A stretch of DNA of 64,000 bases from Thermoplasmatales archaeon (GTDB lineage Archaea; Thermoplasmatota; E2; DHVEG-1): NCBI GenBank assembly GCA_020350825.1, contig CP070724.1, forward strand, positions 2,012,848-2,076,847. The letters run 5' to 3'. The position numbers and the translations under genes are program-made. The notes below the pieces were generated by a model that searched no databases, was not told the origin of the DNA, and was given only the letters and a program-made list of their open reading frames with translations. Below are positions 1-10,606 of this stretch, piece after piece; the first letter of the stretch is position 1; each line of letters starts with the position of its first letter.

Positions 1-542
1 GTTTGTCTATGAAGCTCTCTATCACTTCTGATTTTTTTTAGATCTCCTCTAATCTTCTTCATTTGTTTTTTAATCATTTCATAGTAATCATCTACCTGAT
101 ACTCACCTCCAGCCATAAAACCAGGATGTTCACCAGCTCTTGCACGATGAATAAGTTCGCGAACATATGGCCTTTCATACTGGAGTTGAGCAAGTTTAAC
201 CTGCAATTTGGCTTCTTTTCTCTCAGCCCTTTCTTCAAATATAGCAAGAATGAGGCGAATTCTATCATAAACATCGACCTGTAGTTTTTTTTCAAGGGTA
301 AACCACTGGGACGGCTTTAATTCCCCATCAACAATGATTAGATCGATGTCTTCTAAAGAACTGTCAATATACTCCCTAACATCATCTACCTTACCAGAAC
401 CAATGTAAAAATTAACATCAGGAATTTTTCTATGCTGAATAAACTCTTTTACTACATTATAATCCAGAGAGTCGGCTAACTTGTTTATTTCTGAAATATT
501 ATCGTTGATAGATACAATTATTGCATTTTTTTGATTATTCAT
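1..542 (-). CDS. GTPase HflX-like protein, N-terminal part (gene runs off the left edge)
   Basis: Minus-strand ORF starts at ATG 542 and has no stop before position 1. My translation begins MNNQKNAIIVSINDNISEINKLADSLDYNVVKEF...IGSGKVDDVREYIDS. The GSGKV.E pattern matches the HflX N-terminal domain. The ORF track omits it because it is open-ended. Confidence 0.45.
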   Translation of the reverse strand, partial: MNNQKNAIIVSINDNISEINKLADSLDYNVVKEFIQHRKIPDVNFYIGSGKVDDVREYIDSSLEDIDLIIVDGELKPSQWFTLEKKLQVDVYDRIRLILAIFEERAERKEAKLQVKLAQLQYERPYVRELIHRARAGEHPGFMAGGEYQVDDYYEMIKKQMKKIRGDLKKIRSDRELHRQ

Positions 543-670
543 TTTTTCTTAAACCACTTTATTGTACTAAAATCATTATCATTACTTCGTTTATACACTT
601 TTTAGATTATTTCTGTAATTAAAATATTGTCAAAGACGTGATTTTTCTCATGATATATCTGAGGTTTCAT

Positions 671-1615
671 TTACAAAAATTTCACATACTCTGAAATCTC
701 AATATTATCTATCTTTTTAGAACCAGAGTCGATTTGAATCGTACCAGTATTTCTTACATGATGTCGCCAGTAATTAACCGTAGGTACGCTTATATGATGG
801 AAATTTATCGATTCCATTTTTGCATCTACATGCAATAGATCATTTTCAACGTTTAAACAACACGTTGTTGGTATTCTTTTACCATGATCCATGACATACT
901 TTTCAATTGTGAAACTTACATCCCTAGGATTTATCGATATGTACTCTTGGTTTTTGTTTAAAATTACAATTAGTTCTTCATTATTACGATTTTTTGTAAC
1001 GTGAGCCCATGTGATGTTCATCGTGTCTATTGGTATTTTTCCAAAATGATAACCCTTGTTTGTCAATGATGCATATATAGGATAGATATTATGATCATGA
1101 TAGCCCTCACCTGCGACACTAACAGTGTCTCTATCTAGAAAAATTCTTCCATTTACCTCAAATCGTGGAATAACGAGCCAGTCACCCAAAAAAGTTTTTC
1201 CCTTCCATGCCTTATTTATTTTAATGAACTCTAAATCAACGCCCTGCTTATCATCTCCCATGGAGATCTGATAAATCCATCTCTTCGTATCTTTGTTGAT
1301 ATATCCTTTTATTATCTGTCGGTCATTTATCTTTATAAGTGGTTCTTTCTCTGAACCATAGAAACATTTGTAAGAATTTTTGCTCCTTAGACGTTTTACT
1401 AATTTTGTATTTCTATAAATCGACAGTCCTGCTAAAACGATACTGAGATAGCCCATGTGAATAACATTCACGAGGGTAACAATACTATAGTTGTTATCAA
1501 ATATAGCACCATAATGCCATGTTTCTATATAGCCAAAACTCCCTTTCCTATGAAGTGCATCGTCCTGTAGAACTATATCGTGTGGCGTAAATATTCTCGG
1601 GCCGATTGTAGTCAC
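671..1615 (-). CDS. CrtC/AttH-like (hydroxyneurosporene-synthase-like, lipocalin-fold) protein; paralog of 54342-55499
   Basis: Carries ETWHYGAIFDN and GYHDHN motifs, shared with the 54342-55499 protein (TEWWYFDAVFDN, GYHDHN, WKGKT/WKGST). A W-W/H-Y-x-D start is typical of the CrtC/AttH family. Confidence 0.4.
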   Translation of the reverse strand: MTTIGPRIFTPHDIVLQDDALHRKGSFGYIETWHYGAIFDNNYSIVTLVNVIHMGYLSIVLAGLSIYRNTKLVKRLRSKNSYKCFYGSEKEPLIKINDRQIIKGYINKDTKRWIYQISMGDDKQGVDLEFIKINKAWKGKTFLGDWLVIPRFEVNGRIFLDRDTVSVAGEGYHDHNIYPIYASLTNKGYHFGKIPIDTMNITWAHVTKNRNNEELIVILNKNQEYISINPRDVSFTIEKYVMDHGKRIPTTCCLNVENDLLHVDAKMESINFHHISVPTVNYWRHHVRNTGTIQIDSGSKKIDNIEISEYVKFL

Positions 1616-1763
1616 CTCATCATTATAATGATATCAAGGTCTGAATCATAATAGTATCGGCAAAATCACTGAGACGTTCGATTTTGAACGGTATTTTTTC
1701 TATTAATTTTTTATTAACCAATTGCAAGCAATGTATATCCATCATATTACTCCATCCTTTTCC

Positions 1764-2417
1764 TTATTTGATCCTGTTAAAACCCTTTCGAAACCATTTT
1801 AACGTACTATAAAATCGTTGGACAGCTGTTATGTTACCAACTATAGCAAAATAGATTAAAACCCAATCTAAGAACGTCGTTTCCCATGACAGATTTAATG
1901 AGAAACGAAGCCCAATATGTTGGACTATAGGAAATATCATTAACAACACTAGTCTATCCGCACGTCCTAACAACCCAGAATATTCCCTTTTATAGCCTAC
2001 AGCTTGGGATTGGGTTCCCATATAACTGGTAAGTAACATTCCAATAATCGCAAGCAGTCCAATGCTCGGTCTGCTGCACCAGGAACTGAGAGCAAGGCCT
2101 CCTACCATGAGAACATCTGCATATCTATCCAACGCATGATCAAGAAAATCTCCTCTTAATGATGCTTTATTTGCCAACTTGGCAACCTTTCCATCTATTG
2201 CATCAAAAAATCCATTTAAAAAAACAAAAAATGCAGCAAAAAAAAGATAATAGTTTAACAGTTCAAATTCTGGAGAGGAAAAATAAAAAAATAAACCAGA
2301 AAAAAATGCAAATACAAGTGCAATCCATGTTAAAATATTAGGATTTATTTTTAAAAAACGTTTTGCAAAAATCAATAACAAAGGATCTATTGAATCCCTT
2401 TTTCTGTCAAGTACCAT
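1764..2417 (-). CDS. CDP-alcohol phosphatidyltransferase family protein (archaeal polar-lipid head-group transferase)
   Basis: Signature D-G-x2-A-[RK]-x8-G-x3-D-x3-D is present as DAIDGKVAKLANKASLRGDFLDHALDRYAD. Multiple TM helices. Confidence 0.75.
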   Translation of the reverse strand: MVLDRKRDSIDPLLLIFAKRFLKINPNILTWIALVFAFFSGLFFYFSSPEFELLNYYLFFAAFFVFLNGFFDAIDGKVAKLANKASLRGDFLDHALDRYADVLMVGGLALSSWCSRPSIGLLAIIGMLLTSYMGTQSQAVGYKREYSGLLGRADRLVLLMIFPIVQHIGLRFSLNLSWETTFLDWVLIYFAIVGNITAVQRFYSTLKWFRKGFNRIK

Positions 2418-2432
2418 CTTATTCTCCCAGAG

Positions 2433-2981
2433 TTAGAACTCATTTAGTATTTCTTCAGACCAATCAATCTTTCCTATCTTATACTTTTTTGTCGGCTCGA
2501 AGTTGCTTTTGATAATCTCAACAATTGATGATAACACAGAATTGTTGTTTTTATTAGTAGTGTCTATTTCAAAAATATTTTCTTCAGTTTGAAGTTCAAC
2601 AGTTTCGCAGAGAATAACATCTATTGTTTCTGCTTCTATATTTTCCTTGATTTTTTCTTGGTTCCATCCCTTTTTTTCTAGACGGATTTTTAACTTATTA
2701 GGATGACATCTAAGAATTATCACCTTATCTGCTGTTTTTAAAAGATGAGAAGCATGTCCCTCAATAAAAATAAGGTCATCAGTTTTGTAATACCCATCGA
2801 TGTAATCGTTTATTCCATCGATGTCAATTATCTTTGAGTTTCTCTCGGTATCAATACCAGTTACAAATCCTTGATTTATGGCAAGCTCGTTCAAGCTAAT
2901 TATAGTGTATCCTTCTTTTTGTAAAAGAGCGGAAACATTGCTTTTTCCCGTTCCAGGGGTACCAGAAAGAGCAGCAAGCAT
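2433..2981 (-). CDS. P-loop nucleoside monophosphate kinase, Fap7/adenylate-kinase-6-like
   Basis: N-terminal Walker A motif LSGTPGTGKS. About 180 aa. Fits the archaeal Fap7/AK6-type small kinase. Confidence 0.55.
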   Translation of the reverse strand: MLAALSGTPGTGKSNVSALLQKEGYTIISLNELAINQGFVTGIDTERNSKIIDIDGINDYIDGYYKTDDLIFIEGHASHLLKTADKVIILRCHPNKLKIRLEKKGWNQEKIKENIEAETIDVILCETVELQTEENIFEIDTTNKNNNSVLSSIVEIIKSNFEPTKKYKIGKIDWSEEILNEF

Positions 2982-2982
2982 T

Positions 2983-4287
2983 TTATATCAACTTATGGTA
3001 ATCGTATCCTCGGAATCCTTCTTTTAAACAGTAGTGAAGTTCTTGGAAATCCTTTCTGAATTCTTTGATATCTGCTTTTATTTTCTTTGTGTCTTCGTTT
3101 TTGAGTAGTGCTCTTTCATAGAGATGGGCAACTTCATCCATTTCTTTTTCCTTCATTCCTATCCTTGTCAATTCAGGTGTTCCTATTCTTAGGCCTGATG
3201 GATTTAACGGGTCTTCATCACCAGGAATTGTGTTCATATTGGTCACAATGCCTGCATCTTCGAGTTTTTTGGACGCTTCTTTTCCTTTACCTGACCCGAT
3301 TTCGAGTAAAATCTGATGTGATTTGGTAAATCCTAGTTTTTCGCCAAATACTTTAAAGTTTCTTTCATACAGTGACTGTGCTAATCTTTGTGCATTTTTT
3401 ATAATCTGTTTGGCGTATGCTTTACCAAATTCTAGGTGTTCGGCAAATGCTATAGCTTTTGCTGTAACATGATGAAGGTGATATGAAGAAGTAACTCCTG
3501 GAAACACTCCAAAACCCAGTTTTCTGAGAAATGATTTATCTTTATCTGTATCGCCTTTGTGGTCTGATAAAATCATTCCACCTTGAGGTCCTGGCAGAGT
3601 TTTATGAGTACTGCCACTCATCACATCTGCACCCTCTCTTAACGGATCTTGGAATTGCTTTCCTCCAATAAGTCCAAGAACGTGTGCTGCATCATAGATA
3701 AGATATGCATCTACGTCATGTGCTGCTTCTGCAATTTCTTTTATTGGACTTGGAAATAAAAAGACAGACCGGCCATTTAATGCAAGCTTTGGTTTTACTT
3801 TTTTAATAAGTTTTATTGCACCATCTACATCGATGTTCATTTCTTCATCATTAAATGGGTACGATATGAGTTCAACGCCTCTAACCCCTGCTGCACCCCA
3901 TTTTCCAAATGAGATATGGGCACCATTAGCAAGATCTAGAACTGTTGCAGGTTCTCCTGGTTTTATAAGTGCTTTTAAAATCGCTATATTTGCAGTTGTT
4001 CCTGCAGTCGGTCTTACGTCAGCGTATCTACAGTTGAAAAGTTTTTTTGCAAGTTCCATTGCTTTTTCTTCTACTAAATCAAAAAATTTACATCCTTCAT
4101 AGTATCTATGACCTGGAGTACCTTCAGCATATCTACCATGAAAATCGGTAATAAGCATTTCTTTGCAAAGAGGAGATAAAACATTTTCACTGGCTATCAT
4201 AGGAAGAGAGTTAGCAAAAAATTCATTGTTTCTCTTTGCCTGTTTCCTAATATATTCAGCCTCATCAAACCAACTCATAAGAATCAC
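2983..4287 (-). CDS. glyA: serine hydroxymethyltransferase
   Basis: Full-length SHMT-like protein with the PLP-lysine region SGSTHKTLPGPQGG and a typical N-terminal SENV segment. Confidence 0.95.
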   Translation of the reverse strand: MILMSWFDEAEYIRKQAKRNNEFFANSLPMIASENVLSPLCKEMLITDFHGRYAEGTPGHRYYEGCKFFDLVEEKAMELAKKLFNCRYADVRPTAGTTANIAILKALIKPGEPATVLDLANGAHISFGKWGAAGVRGVELISYPFNDEEMNIDVDGAIKLIKKVKPKLALNGRSVFLFPSPIKEIAEAAHDVDAYLIYDAAHVLGLIGGKQFQDPLREGADVMSGSTHKTLPGPQGGMILSDHKGDTDKDKSFLRKLGFGVFPGVTSSYHLHHVTAKAIAFAEHLEFGKAYAKQIIKNAQRLAQSLYERNFKVFGEKLGFTKSHQILLEIGSGKGKEASKKLEDAGIVTNMNTIPGDEDPLNPSGLRIGTPELTRIGMKEKEMDEVAHLYERALLKNEDTKKIKADIKEFRKDFQELHYCLKEGFRGYDYHKLI

Positions 4288-4390
4288 AAGAGGCTGAATA
4301 AGTGATTCTCATAAAAATGTAATGGAAAACATAGATTAATTATTGTGCTTAAAATGAATTAGATGGAAAAAAATTGAATATTCAATTTTG

Positions 4391-4415
4391 TATATATATA
4401 TATATATATATATAT
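4391..4415. repeat. (TA)12 dinucleotide microsatellite in the divergent intergenic region upstream of glyA
   Basis: Direct reading: tatatatatatatatatatatatat. Confidence 0.95.
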
Positions 4416-4541
4416 GAATACATCATATTGTCATTAATAAAAAATGAAAAGTATAACATAAAAAAATATATAAATTACACTTTTTATGGCGGCGTACGAA
4501 AACGTAGCTATATTTAAAAGGAAAATATCAGTTGAGGTATA

Positions 4542-4790
4542 TTGATGGTTAAAATAAATATTAGCATAGAAGGAGAAGATATTTCAGAGATTGTCGAAGA
4601 ACTCTTAAACGTTGGAATTGGGCTTGTAAAATCCAACAGAAAGGAAATAAGGGAAGCAATGAAGGTTTTAGCGGATGAAGCACTAGATATCATGATGGAA
4701 CATAAAATACTAGAGAGAGGTGCACAACTTTATAAAAAAATCAACAATGAGATCAATTGGACCTATAAAAGAGATAAGCGGCAATATTAA
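4542..4790 (+). CDS. hypothetical small protein
   Basis: 82-aa ORF in an otherwise empty intergenic stretch, charged and helical. No recognisable motif. Confidence 0.25.
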   Translation: MMVKINISIEGEDISEIVEELLNVGIGLVKSNRKEIREAMKVLADEALDIMMEHKILERGAQLYKKINNEINWTYKRDKRQY

Positions 4791-4809
4791 CTGCTTCCTT
4801 CATACAAAA

Positions 4810-5898
4810 TTATATCTCTAACAATTTTCTAGAGCTCGTCGTCAACAGCTCCATACCATCTTTTTTTACTAAGATATCATCTTCTATTCTTAAACCGCCA
4901 AACCCAGGAATGTACACACCAGGTTCAACAGTAAACACCATGTTTTCTTTTAAGTCAACATGACTATCAGAGCCAAATCCTACTCCATCATGAACAGCAA
5001 GTCCAAGAGCATGACCGGTGGAATGGATAAAACGACCTTTGAATTTCGTGTTATCAATAAATGAACTAACGGCAGTATGCACGTCGCTTGTTTGTATTCC
5101 TGGTTTTATTGAACCAAAACCCACTTTTTGTGCCTCTAACACTGTTTCATACATTTCCTTTTGTTTTTTATCTGCTTTTCCAAAGACAAATGTTCGTGTC
5201 ATATCTGAATTATATTTTCGAAAACATGCACCAAAATCAAACAAGGTAAAATCGCCTTTTTTTAATCTCGTACTACCGTGACTGTAATGTGGTTCTGCAG
5301 TATTTTTACTAAAAGAGGAAATAGTCTCAAATGCAGGTTTATCTGCACCTAACTTTTGCATAAAATAATCTATTTCTGCGGCTATCTCATATTCGTACAT
5401 TCCTTCATGTAACATATCTGGTATTTTTTCCATAACTTTGTCTGATATTATGCATGCTTTTTTGATTAATTCTATTTCCATTTTGTCTTTTACTAGCCTT
5501 GTTTTGAGAAGTTCTTCTGAAACATCAAATAATTTTGATTTATTAAATATATCTTTTAGATTACAAAAATCTCTATGAGAAAGACATGTATAATTCAAAC
5601 CTATATTTTTTAGAGACGAAAAAGATGCTTTAATAATACTTTTAATGTCTTCTTTATCTTTAAACACATGAATATCTGCTTTTGCTTTACTTGCACTTTC
5701 TGCTTCAAGTTCAGAAACTAATAGATCAAGAGTGCCATCAGGATATACAATGAGATAAGATCCTTCAAAAATCCCTTTTTCCAGGCCTGTAATGTAAAAG
5801 AAATTGTCGTCAATAAATGGAAGAGCAGCATTTTTTATAACAATTGCTTCTAAATTTTTTTCAATTATATTAAAAATATTTTTAGCTCTATTTTTCAC
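4810..5898 (-). CDS. Xaa-Pro aminopeptidase/prolidase, M24 metallopeptidase family
   Basis: Creatinase-like N-domain plus the M24 pita-bread catalytic domain. Metal-ligand context DFGACFRKYNSDMTRTF...HSTGHALGLAVHDG...GGLRIEDD. Confidence 0.85.
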   Translation of the reverse strand: MKNRAKNIFNIIEKNLEAIVIKNAALPFIDDNFFYITGLEKGIFEGSYLIVYPDGTLDLLVSELEAESASKAKADIHVFKDKEDIKSIIKASFSSLKNIGLNYTCLSHRDFCNLKDIFNKSKLFDVSEELLKTRLVKDKMEIELIKKACIISDKVMEKIPDMLHEGMYEYEIAAEIDYFMQKLGADKPAFETISSFSKNTAEPHYSHGSTRLKKGDFTLFDFGACFRKYNSDMTRTFVFGKADKKQKEMYETVLEAQKVGFGSIKPGIQTSDVHTAVSSFIDNTKFKGRFIHSTGHALGLAVHDGVGFGSDSHVDLKENMVFTVEPGVYIPGFGGLRIEDDILVKKDGMELLTTSSRKLLEI

Positions 5899-5983
5899 TA
5901 AGATATCACCAGATAGATATATAGAGTACTTTTCACCTTTAGGTAATAAAGAAGAAGTAATTCTGGGATTATTAAAGGTTCAT

Positions 5984-6373
5984 CTAACTTTTTTCGATAG
6001 TAGAAACCAGACGATTCAATTGGGTGAGATCTTGCTTGATGTTTTCTACTTCTTTCATCTTTTCTTTTTCAAAACTCTTTAAAATGCCAGGTAAATCTTG
6101 TGTGAGTTTGTAAAGATGTACCGGTCTTCCTTTCCCCTTCTTTTTAATATCTCGTTTTTTTGCCCATCCTCTTCGCCTTAGTTCTTGCATAGCAACGCTT
6201 ACTTCAGGTTGTCTAAGATCAGCCCCTTGTTCAACATCTGCAGAGCGGCATTCCTCAACCTGAGAGATATACATTAATGTCTTAGCAAGATTCTTTGGCA
6301 TGCCAAGCTCAGCGAAGAGCTGGACAGCTTTTGTATCCTTTTCATCCAACACGAATGATCTTTTTCGTTTCAT
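5984..6373 (-). CDS. winged-helix DNA-binding transcriptional regulator
   Basis: 129-aa basic protein with a wHTH-like segment LRQPEVSVAMQELRRRGW. Confidence 0.5.
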   Translation of the reverse strand: MKRKRSFVLDEKDTKAVQLFAELGMPKNLAKTLMYISQVEECRSADVEQGADLRQPEVSVAMQELRRRGWAKKRDIKKKGKGRPVHLYKLTQDLPGILKSFEKEKMKEVENIKQDLTQLNRLVSTIEKS

Positions 6374-6486
6374 GATTTCTCCTCATGAAATAAATCAATT
6401 CTCGACTATATATATTTTTCTTATTTTTCAAATTTTCAATAGATTTTTATTATTGAATTTTAGGCTAATTTTTATATGCAACTCTA

Positions 6487-6948
6487 TTATTTAAATCTTT
6501 TTATTTTTAAATTACTCTCTCTAAGCATCCTTTTTGCTAGGTCATCAGGATAATCACCAGAATAAATAATCTCCTTTACGCCAGCATTTATAAGCATTTT
6601 AACACAAACAACGCATGGTGTACTAGTACAGTACAAAGTAGAGTCTGTTATGGAAACACCAAAGACAGCTGCTTGAATAATTGCATTCTGCTCTGCATGC
6701 AATCCTCGACAAAGTTCATGTCTTTCCCCAGGAGGGATATCATTTTTTTCTCTTATGCAACCTACTTCAGAACAATGTTTAAAACCTTTTGGAGCGCCAT
6801 TGTAGCCTGTACTTAAAATATGTTTATCTTTTACAAGTATGGCTCCGACTTTTCTCCTTAAACAAGTACTTCTCTTTGATACAACATGAGCCATTTCCAT
6901 AAAGTATTCACCGTATCGTGGCCTATCACTCCCTAGCTTTTCTGGCAT
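6487..6948 (-). CDS. dCMP deaminase / cytidine-deoxycytidylate deaminase family
   Basis: Zinc-binding motifs HAEQNAI and PCVVCVKML (H-A-E ... P-C-x2-C). Confidence 0.8.
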   Translation of the reverse strand: MPEKLGSDRPRYGEYFMEMAHVVSKRSTCLRRKVGAILVKDKHILSTGYNGAPKGFKHCSEVGCIREKNDIPPGERHELCRGLHAEQNAIIQAAVFGVSITDSTLYCTSTPCVVCVKMLINAGVKEIIYSGDYPDDLAKRMLRESNLKIKRFK

Positions 6949-7008
6949 AATAATAAAATCAGAATCGATCTAGACCTTAATAAAATATTGATTTTATAAG
7001 CAGAGAAT

Positions 7009-7929
7009 TTATTTTTTCAACTTTACTTCATGCTCCTGAAGATCTTTCGGGACAAACGAATTCTTAAAGACTTTGCGGGCATCGTTTTCAATAACTCGAT
7101 GATCTAAATATCTGGGACTAATATGAGTTAAAAATAATTTTTCTACCTTTGCTTTTTTAGCGATCTCTGCAGCCTGAAAAGCTGTCGAATGTCCATAATC
7201 CCCTGCAATATCTTTAAGTTCCGAATCAAAAGTTCCATCATGGATTAAAATATCTGCCCTCTTGGAGAAATTTATTATCTTTTCATATGGAATGGTATCT
7301 CCAGATATTACTATTTTTCTTCCCTTTCTAGGTGGACCCAATACCATGCTAGGATTGATTTTTTTACCATTGTCTAAAGTTATAGAACGACCTCTTTGGA
7401 GTTTGGAATACATTGGTCCTTCGGGTATACCTAGCTCTAATGCTTTGGATTTGTTGAATTTTCCAGGACGTTTTTTTTCTTCAATACAATACGCCAGTGC
7501 TGGGACGTTATGTCTCACCTCTAGTACACATATAGTATATCCTTCAAAATCTAGAGCGTCCCCATCATTTATTTCATGCGTAACTATTTTATAAGAAGGT
7601 TTAAAATAGCCCAGCGATAAAAGCTGGGATACTAGCTTGTCCATACCGTGTGGTCCATAAACATGTAAGGGTTTTTCTCTATCATTTAACTGCATTGTTT
7701 GAATAAGACCAGGTATACCTAAAAAATGATCTCCATGAAAATGAGTAATAAATATCTTAGATATCTGCATATAACTAAGATTTGATTTTTGAAACTGTCG
7801 TTGTGTACCTTCTCCACAGTCAAAAAGGATTATTTCACTGCCTCTTTTTACTGCAACAGACGATACATTTCTTGTTATTGTTGGCCAGCTTCCGCTGGTT
7901 CCAAGAAATATTATTTTTAGTTGTGTCAT
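7009..7929 (-). CDS. rnz: ribonuclease Z (tRNA 3' endonuclease), metallo-beta-lactamase fold
   Basis: HxHxDH motif as ITHFHGDHFLG. About 300 aa, the typical short-form tRNase Z length. Confidence 0.8.
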   Translation of the reverse strand: MTQLKIIFLGTSGSWPTITRNVSSVAVKRGSEIILFDCGEGTQRQFQKSNLSYMQISKIFITHFHGDHFLGIPGLIQTMQLNDREKPLHVYGPHGMDKLVSQLLSLGYFKPSYKIVTHEINDGDALDFEGYTICVLEVRHNVPALAYCIEEKKRPGKFNKSKALELGIPEGPMYSKLQRGRSITLDNGKKINPSMVLGPPRKGRKIVISGDTIPYEKIINFSKRADILIHDGTFDSELKDIAGDYGHSTAFQAAEIAKKAKVEKLFLTHISPRYLDHRVIENDARKVFKNSFVPKDLQEHEVKLKK

Positions 7930-7968
7930 TTAAAAGGCGGATGTTAACATTAGGTAAAAGCATTTTGG

Positions 7969-8976
7969 TTATTTCTGATATACTACAAAAAAACGAGTCA
8001 AGCTTCTATGAACTCTATATTCATATTTTTTCAATAATGAAAAATACCTCTCACCAAGGGTAATCATATTTTTATTTGACAAACCTACTACTGCTATTCC
8101 ATTTTTTTTCAATACTTTTGCGATATTCTCAAACGTACGATCATAAAGCCTATTAATATTCTCGCCTTTTGTTGTAGTTGATTTTCCATAGGGCAGATCT
8201 GTTACAATTGCATCTACATCACTAATATAGTTATTAATCTCACCAATATCAGAACAAAAGAGTTTGTAGTCTTCAATCTTATAAAAATCCAGAGTTTTTT
8301 TGCAACCTTTTATCATTTTCTCCTCTATATCGCTACCAATTATCTTTGCACCGATTATTCCTGCTTCAATTAATATACCGCCGGTGCCACAAAAAGGATC
8401 TAACAATTTTTCATTTTTTTTGATAGAGGATAAGTTAACTAATGTACGTGCCAATTTTGGATGAAGAGAAATAGGTGAGAAAAATGGTCTATGGTGAACC
8501 TTTCTTTTTTCAAATAAACTTCTCTTTATTTCAACTATTTTTAAACCGACATATACATTGGTATCAGTAATGAATACACGCATCTCTAGATCTGGGTTAT
8601 CTAGATTTACAGGATTATCTTTAGTATATGTTTCTGCTAGTGCTCTCACTATTGGCTGTGAATCAACAGAATTTGATCTATTCTTATAGTTTATCGCAAT
8701 TGATCCTTCCCTGTCTATTATGTTACTTTTTGTGTATTTTTTAATCTCATCAAGAGAAGTAGAACAAGAAAACAACAGTTCATCAATAAAAAATGTGAAA
8801 GACAACCTTTCAGCAAGTCTCTCTATTTTGTCATAAGCAGCATCTGAATTAATAACCAATACATTTTTATTTGAAACAACAACATTGTAAATAATTGCTT
8901 CGGCTTTTAAACAAGATAAAACCTCATCTTTAGGTAGAGTGTTATGTTCCTTAGATAACTCAAATAGTAATTTCAC
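7969..8976 (-). CDS. THUMP-domain tRNA (guanine-N2) methyltransferase, Trm11/Trm-G10-like
   Basis: SAM-binding DPFCGTGG and catalytic DLPYG motifs in the C-terminal half. The N-terminal half is THUMP-like. Confidence 0.6.
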   Translation of the reverse strand: MKLLFELSKEHNTLPKDEVLSCLKAEAIIYNVVVSNKNVLVINSDAAYDKIERLAERLSFTFFIDELLFSCSTSLDEIKKYTKSNIIDREGSIAINYKNRSNSVDSQPIVRALAETYTKDNPVNLDNPDLEMRVFITDTNVYVGLKIVEIKRSLFEKRKVHHRPFFSPISLHPKLARTLVNLSSIKKNEKLLDPFCGTGGILIEAGIIGAKIIGSDIEEKMIKGCKKTLDFYKIEDYKLFCSDIGEINNYISDVDAIVTDLPYGKSTTTKGENINRLYDRTFENIAKVLKKNGIAVVGLSNKNMITLGERYFSLLKKYEYRVHRSLTRFFVVYQK

Positions 8977-9501
8977 AAATTTACTAAATGTTATCGTTGT
9001 TTAAATGTTGCTTTAAAATTTTCTAACAATATATTAAAATTACAGCCTACCACCAAATTAATCTCTATTTTCCACTATTTCTTTACTTTTAAGAATTTTT
9101 TTACTTTTTTTAAGGACTCATCATACCATTTTTTCCTTTATTATTTACTTCATAATTCCATATAGTAAAAGCAGTATGCCAATCATCAATATCATTTTCA
9201 GTTCTCCATTTTAACCATATTTATCCACGATGTATTTCCATACTTCTCCCATACGTATTTCTATTTTTTCTGTATATTGCATTTTTATTTTCACCCCATC
9301 TTTTAATACTATTCTTTTAATGATACAATAACGAACATAGTTGCTAATTGTGATTCTGAAATCTTCTCCTTATTTAAAACTTTTACTCCCCCCACTTTTT
9401 CTAAATTACATATATGAATTCATATGATTCAAGTGATTATACGTTGAAAAGTACCATTCCTAAGAAATATACACAAATTGATTATAACGTTAAATATTAG
9501 G

Positions 9502-9924
9502 TTATTTAAAATTATATGCACCCATAAGAGTATTTGTTGGTATATGTCTAAGTGCCAAATTACCGTTACAGTTAACCACTACATCTCCTTCTTTAATAGG
9601 TCCAGATGGGAGTGTTGCATTTCCCGAACATATTTCATTATCTTCCCAGTTCAAATTAGAATTATATATTTTTTGAACAGTTAGGGTTCTAGTGTTTTTA
9701 TCCATTGAAAATAAAACTGGAAGTTTTTCCTTTCCTTTTATATTAGTACGTTCAAAAATAAAAATTGAAAGGAAGAGACAAAATAATCCTGTTATAAAAA
9801 GTTGAATATGATAAATCCAAATGGCAGTAAACCAACAAATTATCCAAGCATATCCAAATAATTTCTCTATTGACTGTATCTTTTTTTGTATCGATTTTAG
9901 TTTTTCAATTACATCTAAGTCCAA
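9502..9924 (-). CDS. hypothetical membrane protein
   Basis: 140 aa with two predicted TM helices (WIICWFTAIWIY.., GLFCLFLSIFIF). No motif. Confidence 0.3.
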   Translation of the reverse strand: MDLDVIEKLKSIQKKIQSIEKLFGYAWIICWFTAIWIYHIQLFITGLFCLFLSIFIFERTNIKGKEKLPVLFSMDKNTRTLTVQKIYNSNLNWEDNEICSGNATLPSGPIKEGDVVVNCNGNLALRHIPTNTLMGAYNFK

Positions 9925-10391
9925 GAGCGCACATCCATCCTAATTTACCAATATCCCAATGCTTGAAATAATTTACTATGTTATAAACTGTCTTCTCCCA
10001 CAAATGGATTTACATTTTAATGTAGTAACAAATCTACGCAATATGATATTGTATAATAAATAAGAACTTGTAAAAATCTCCAAAAATGTTAATATGTCAT
10101 AGAAGATATTTGATATCTAATGTTTGAAAATAGAAGTGAACGGCAATTAATTATAATATATTTAATTATTGCATTAGTAATTACCTTGTTATTAGCCGTT
10201 TTTCATATATATCAAGGGCTCCACCCTTACTACATAATTATTGCGGCAAATATTGAGTTTTTTTGTATATTTTATGTTTTGTATTTTCCATTAAAAGTAA
10301 AGAAGGAACAAAAGTAGTCTTTTTATTTAAATAATCACTTGAGTTTTATTTTAAACTTACTTTGCAAATCGGTACAGATATGATATTGTAA

Positions 10392-10450
10392 AAGGGGTCA
10401 GAAGGGAGGAAAATGATGGAAAAAAATCATTTTCAAAAGTTTTGACCCCT
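10392..10450. other. 8-bp inverted repeat (aggggtca ... tgacccct) enclosing a ~43-nt loop; candidate small structured RNA
   Basis: Direct reading of the inverted repeat in a gene-free region. Confidence 0.3.
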
Positions 10451-10545
10451 CTAGTGGGTGTTATAGTCTTTTTGTTAATAAATATAATCTTATTGTCAAT
10501 TTTTCAAAAAACATTATAAAAAATGTTTTGAAGGATGGGAGCATA

Positions 10546-10606
10546 TATTCGATAAACGACAGGAAAAGTCCTGTAACTCCCTTCCTTCTTGCCTACATAT
10601 TATTTA
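10546..10606. ncRNA. candidate structured small RNA: 12-bp outer stem with a nested 6-bp inner stem
   Basis: Outer stem gaaggatgggag / ctcccttccttc (11 of 12 complementary). Inner stem acagga / tcctgt with a 4-nt loop. No ORF. Strand undetermined. Confidence 0.3.

Noticed and set aside
3108-4102. Plus-strand ORFs (3108-3329, 3833-4102) inside glyA, and similar antisense ORFs inside other genes
   Set aside because: They are fully embedded antisense to strongly supported genes, with low-complexity translations: typical shadow ORFs. The same applies to antisense ORFs inside the antiporter, pfkA, fba, lat and ABCE1.
10392-10450. Possible C/D-box sRNA: terminal 8-bp stem with CTGA next to the 3' stem arm on the minus strand
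   Set aside because: There is no convincing C box (best match AATGATT versus RUGAUGA) and no C'/D' pair, so I kept it only as a generic hairpin.
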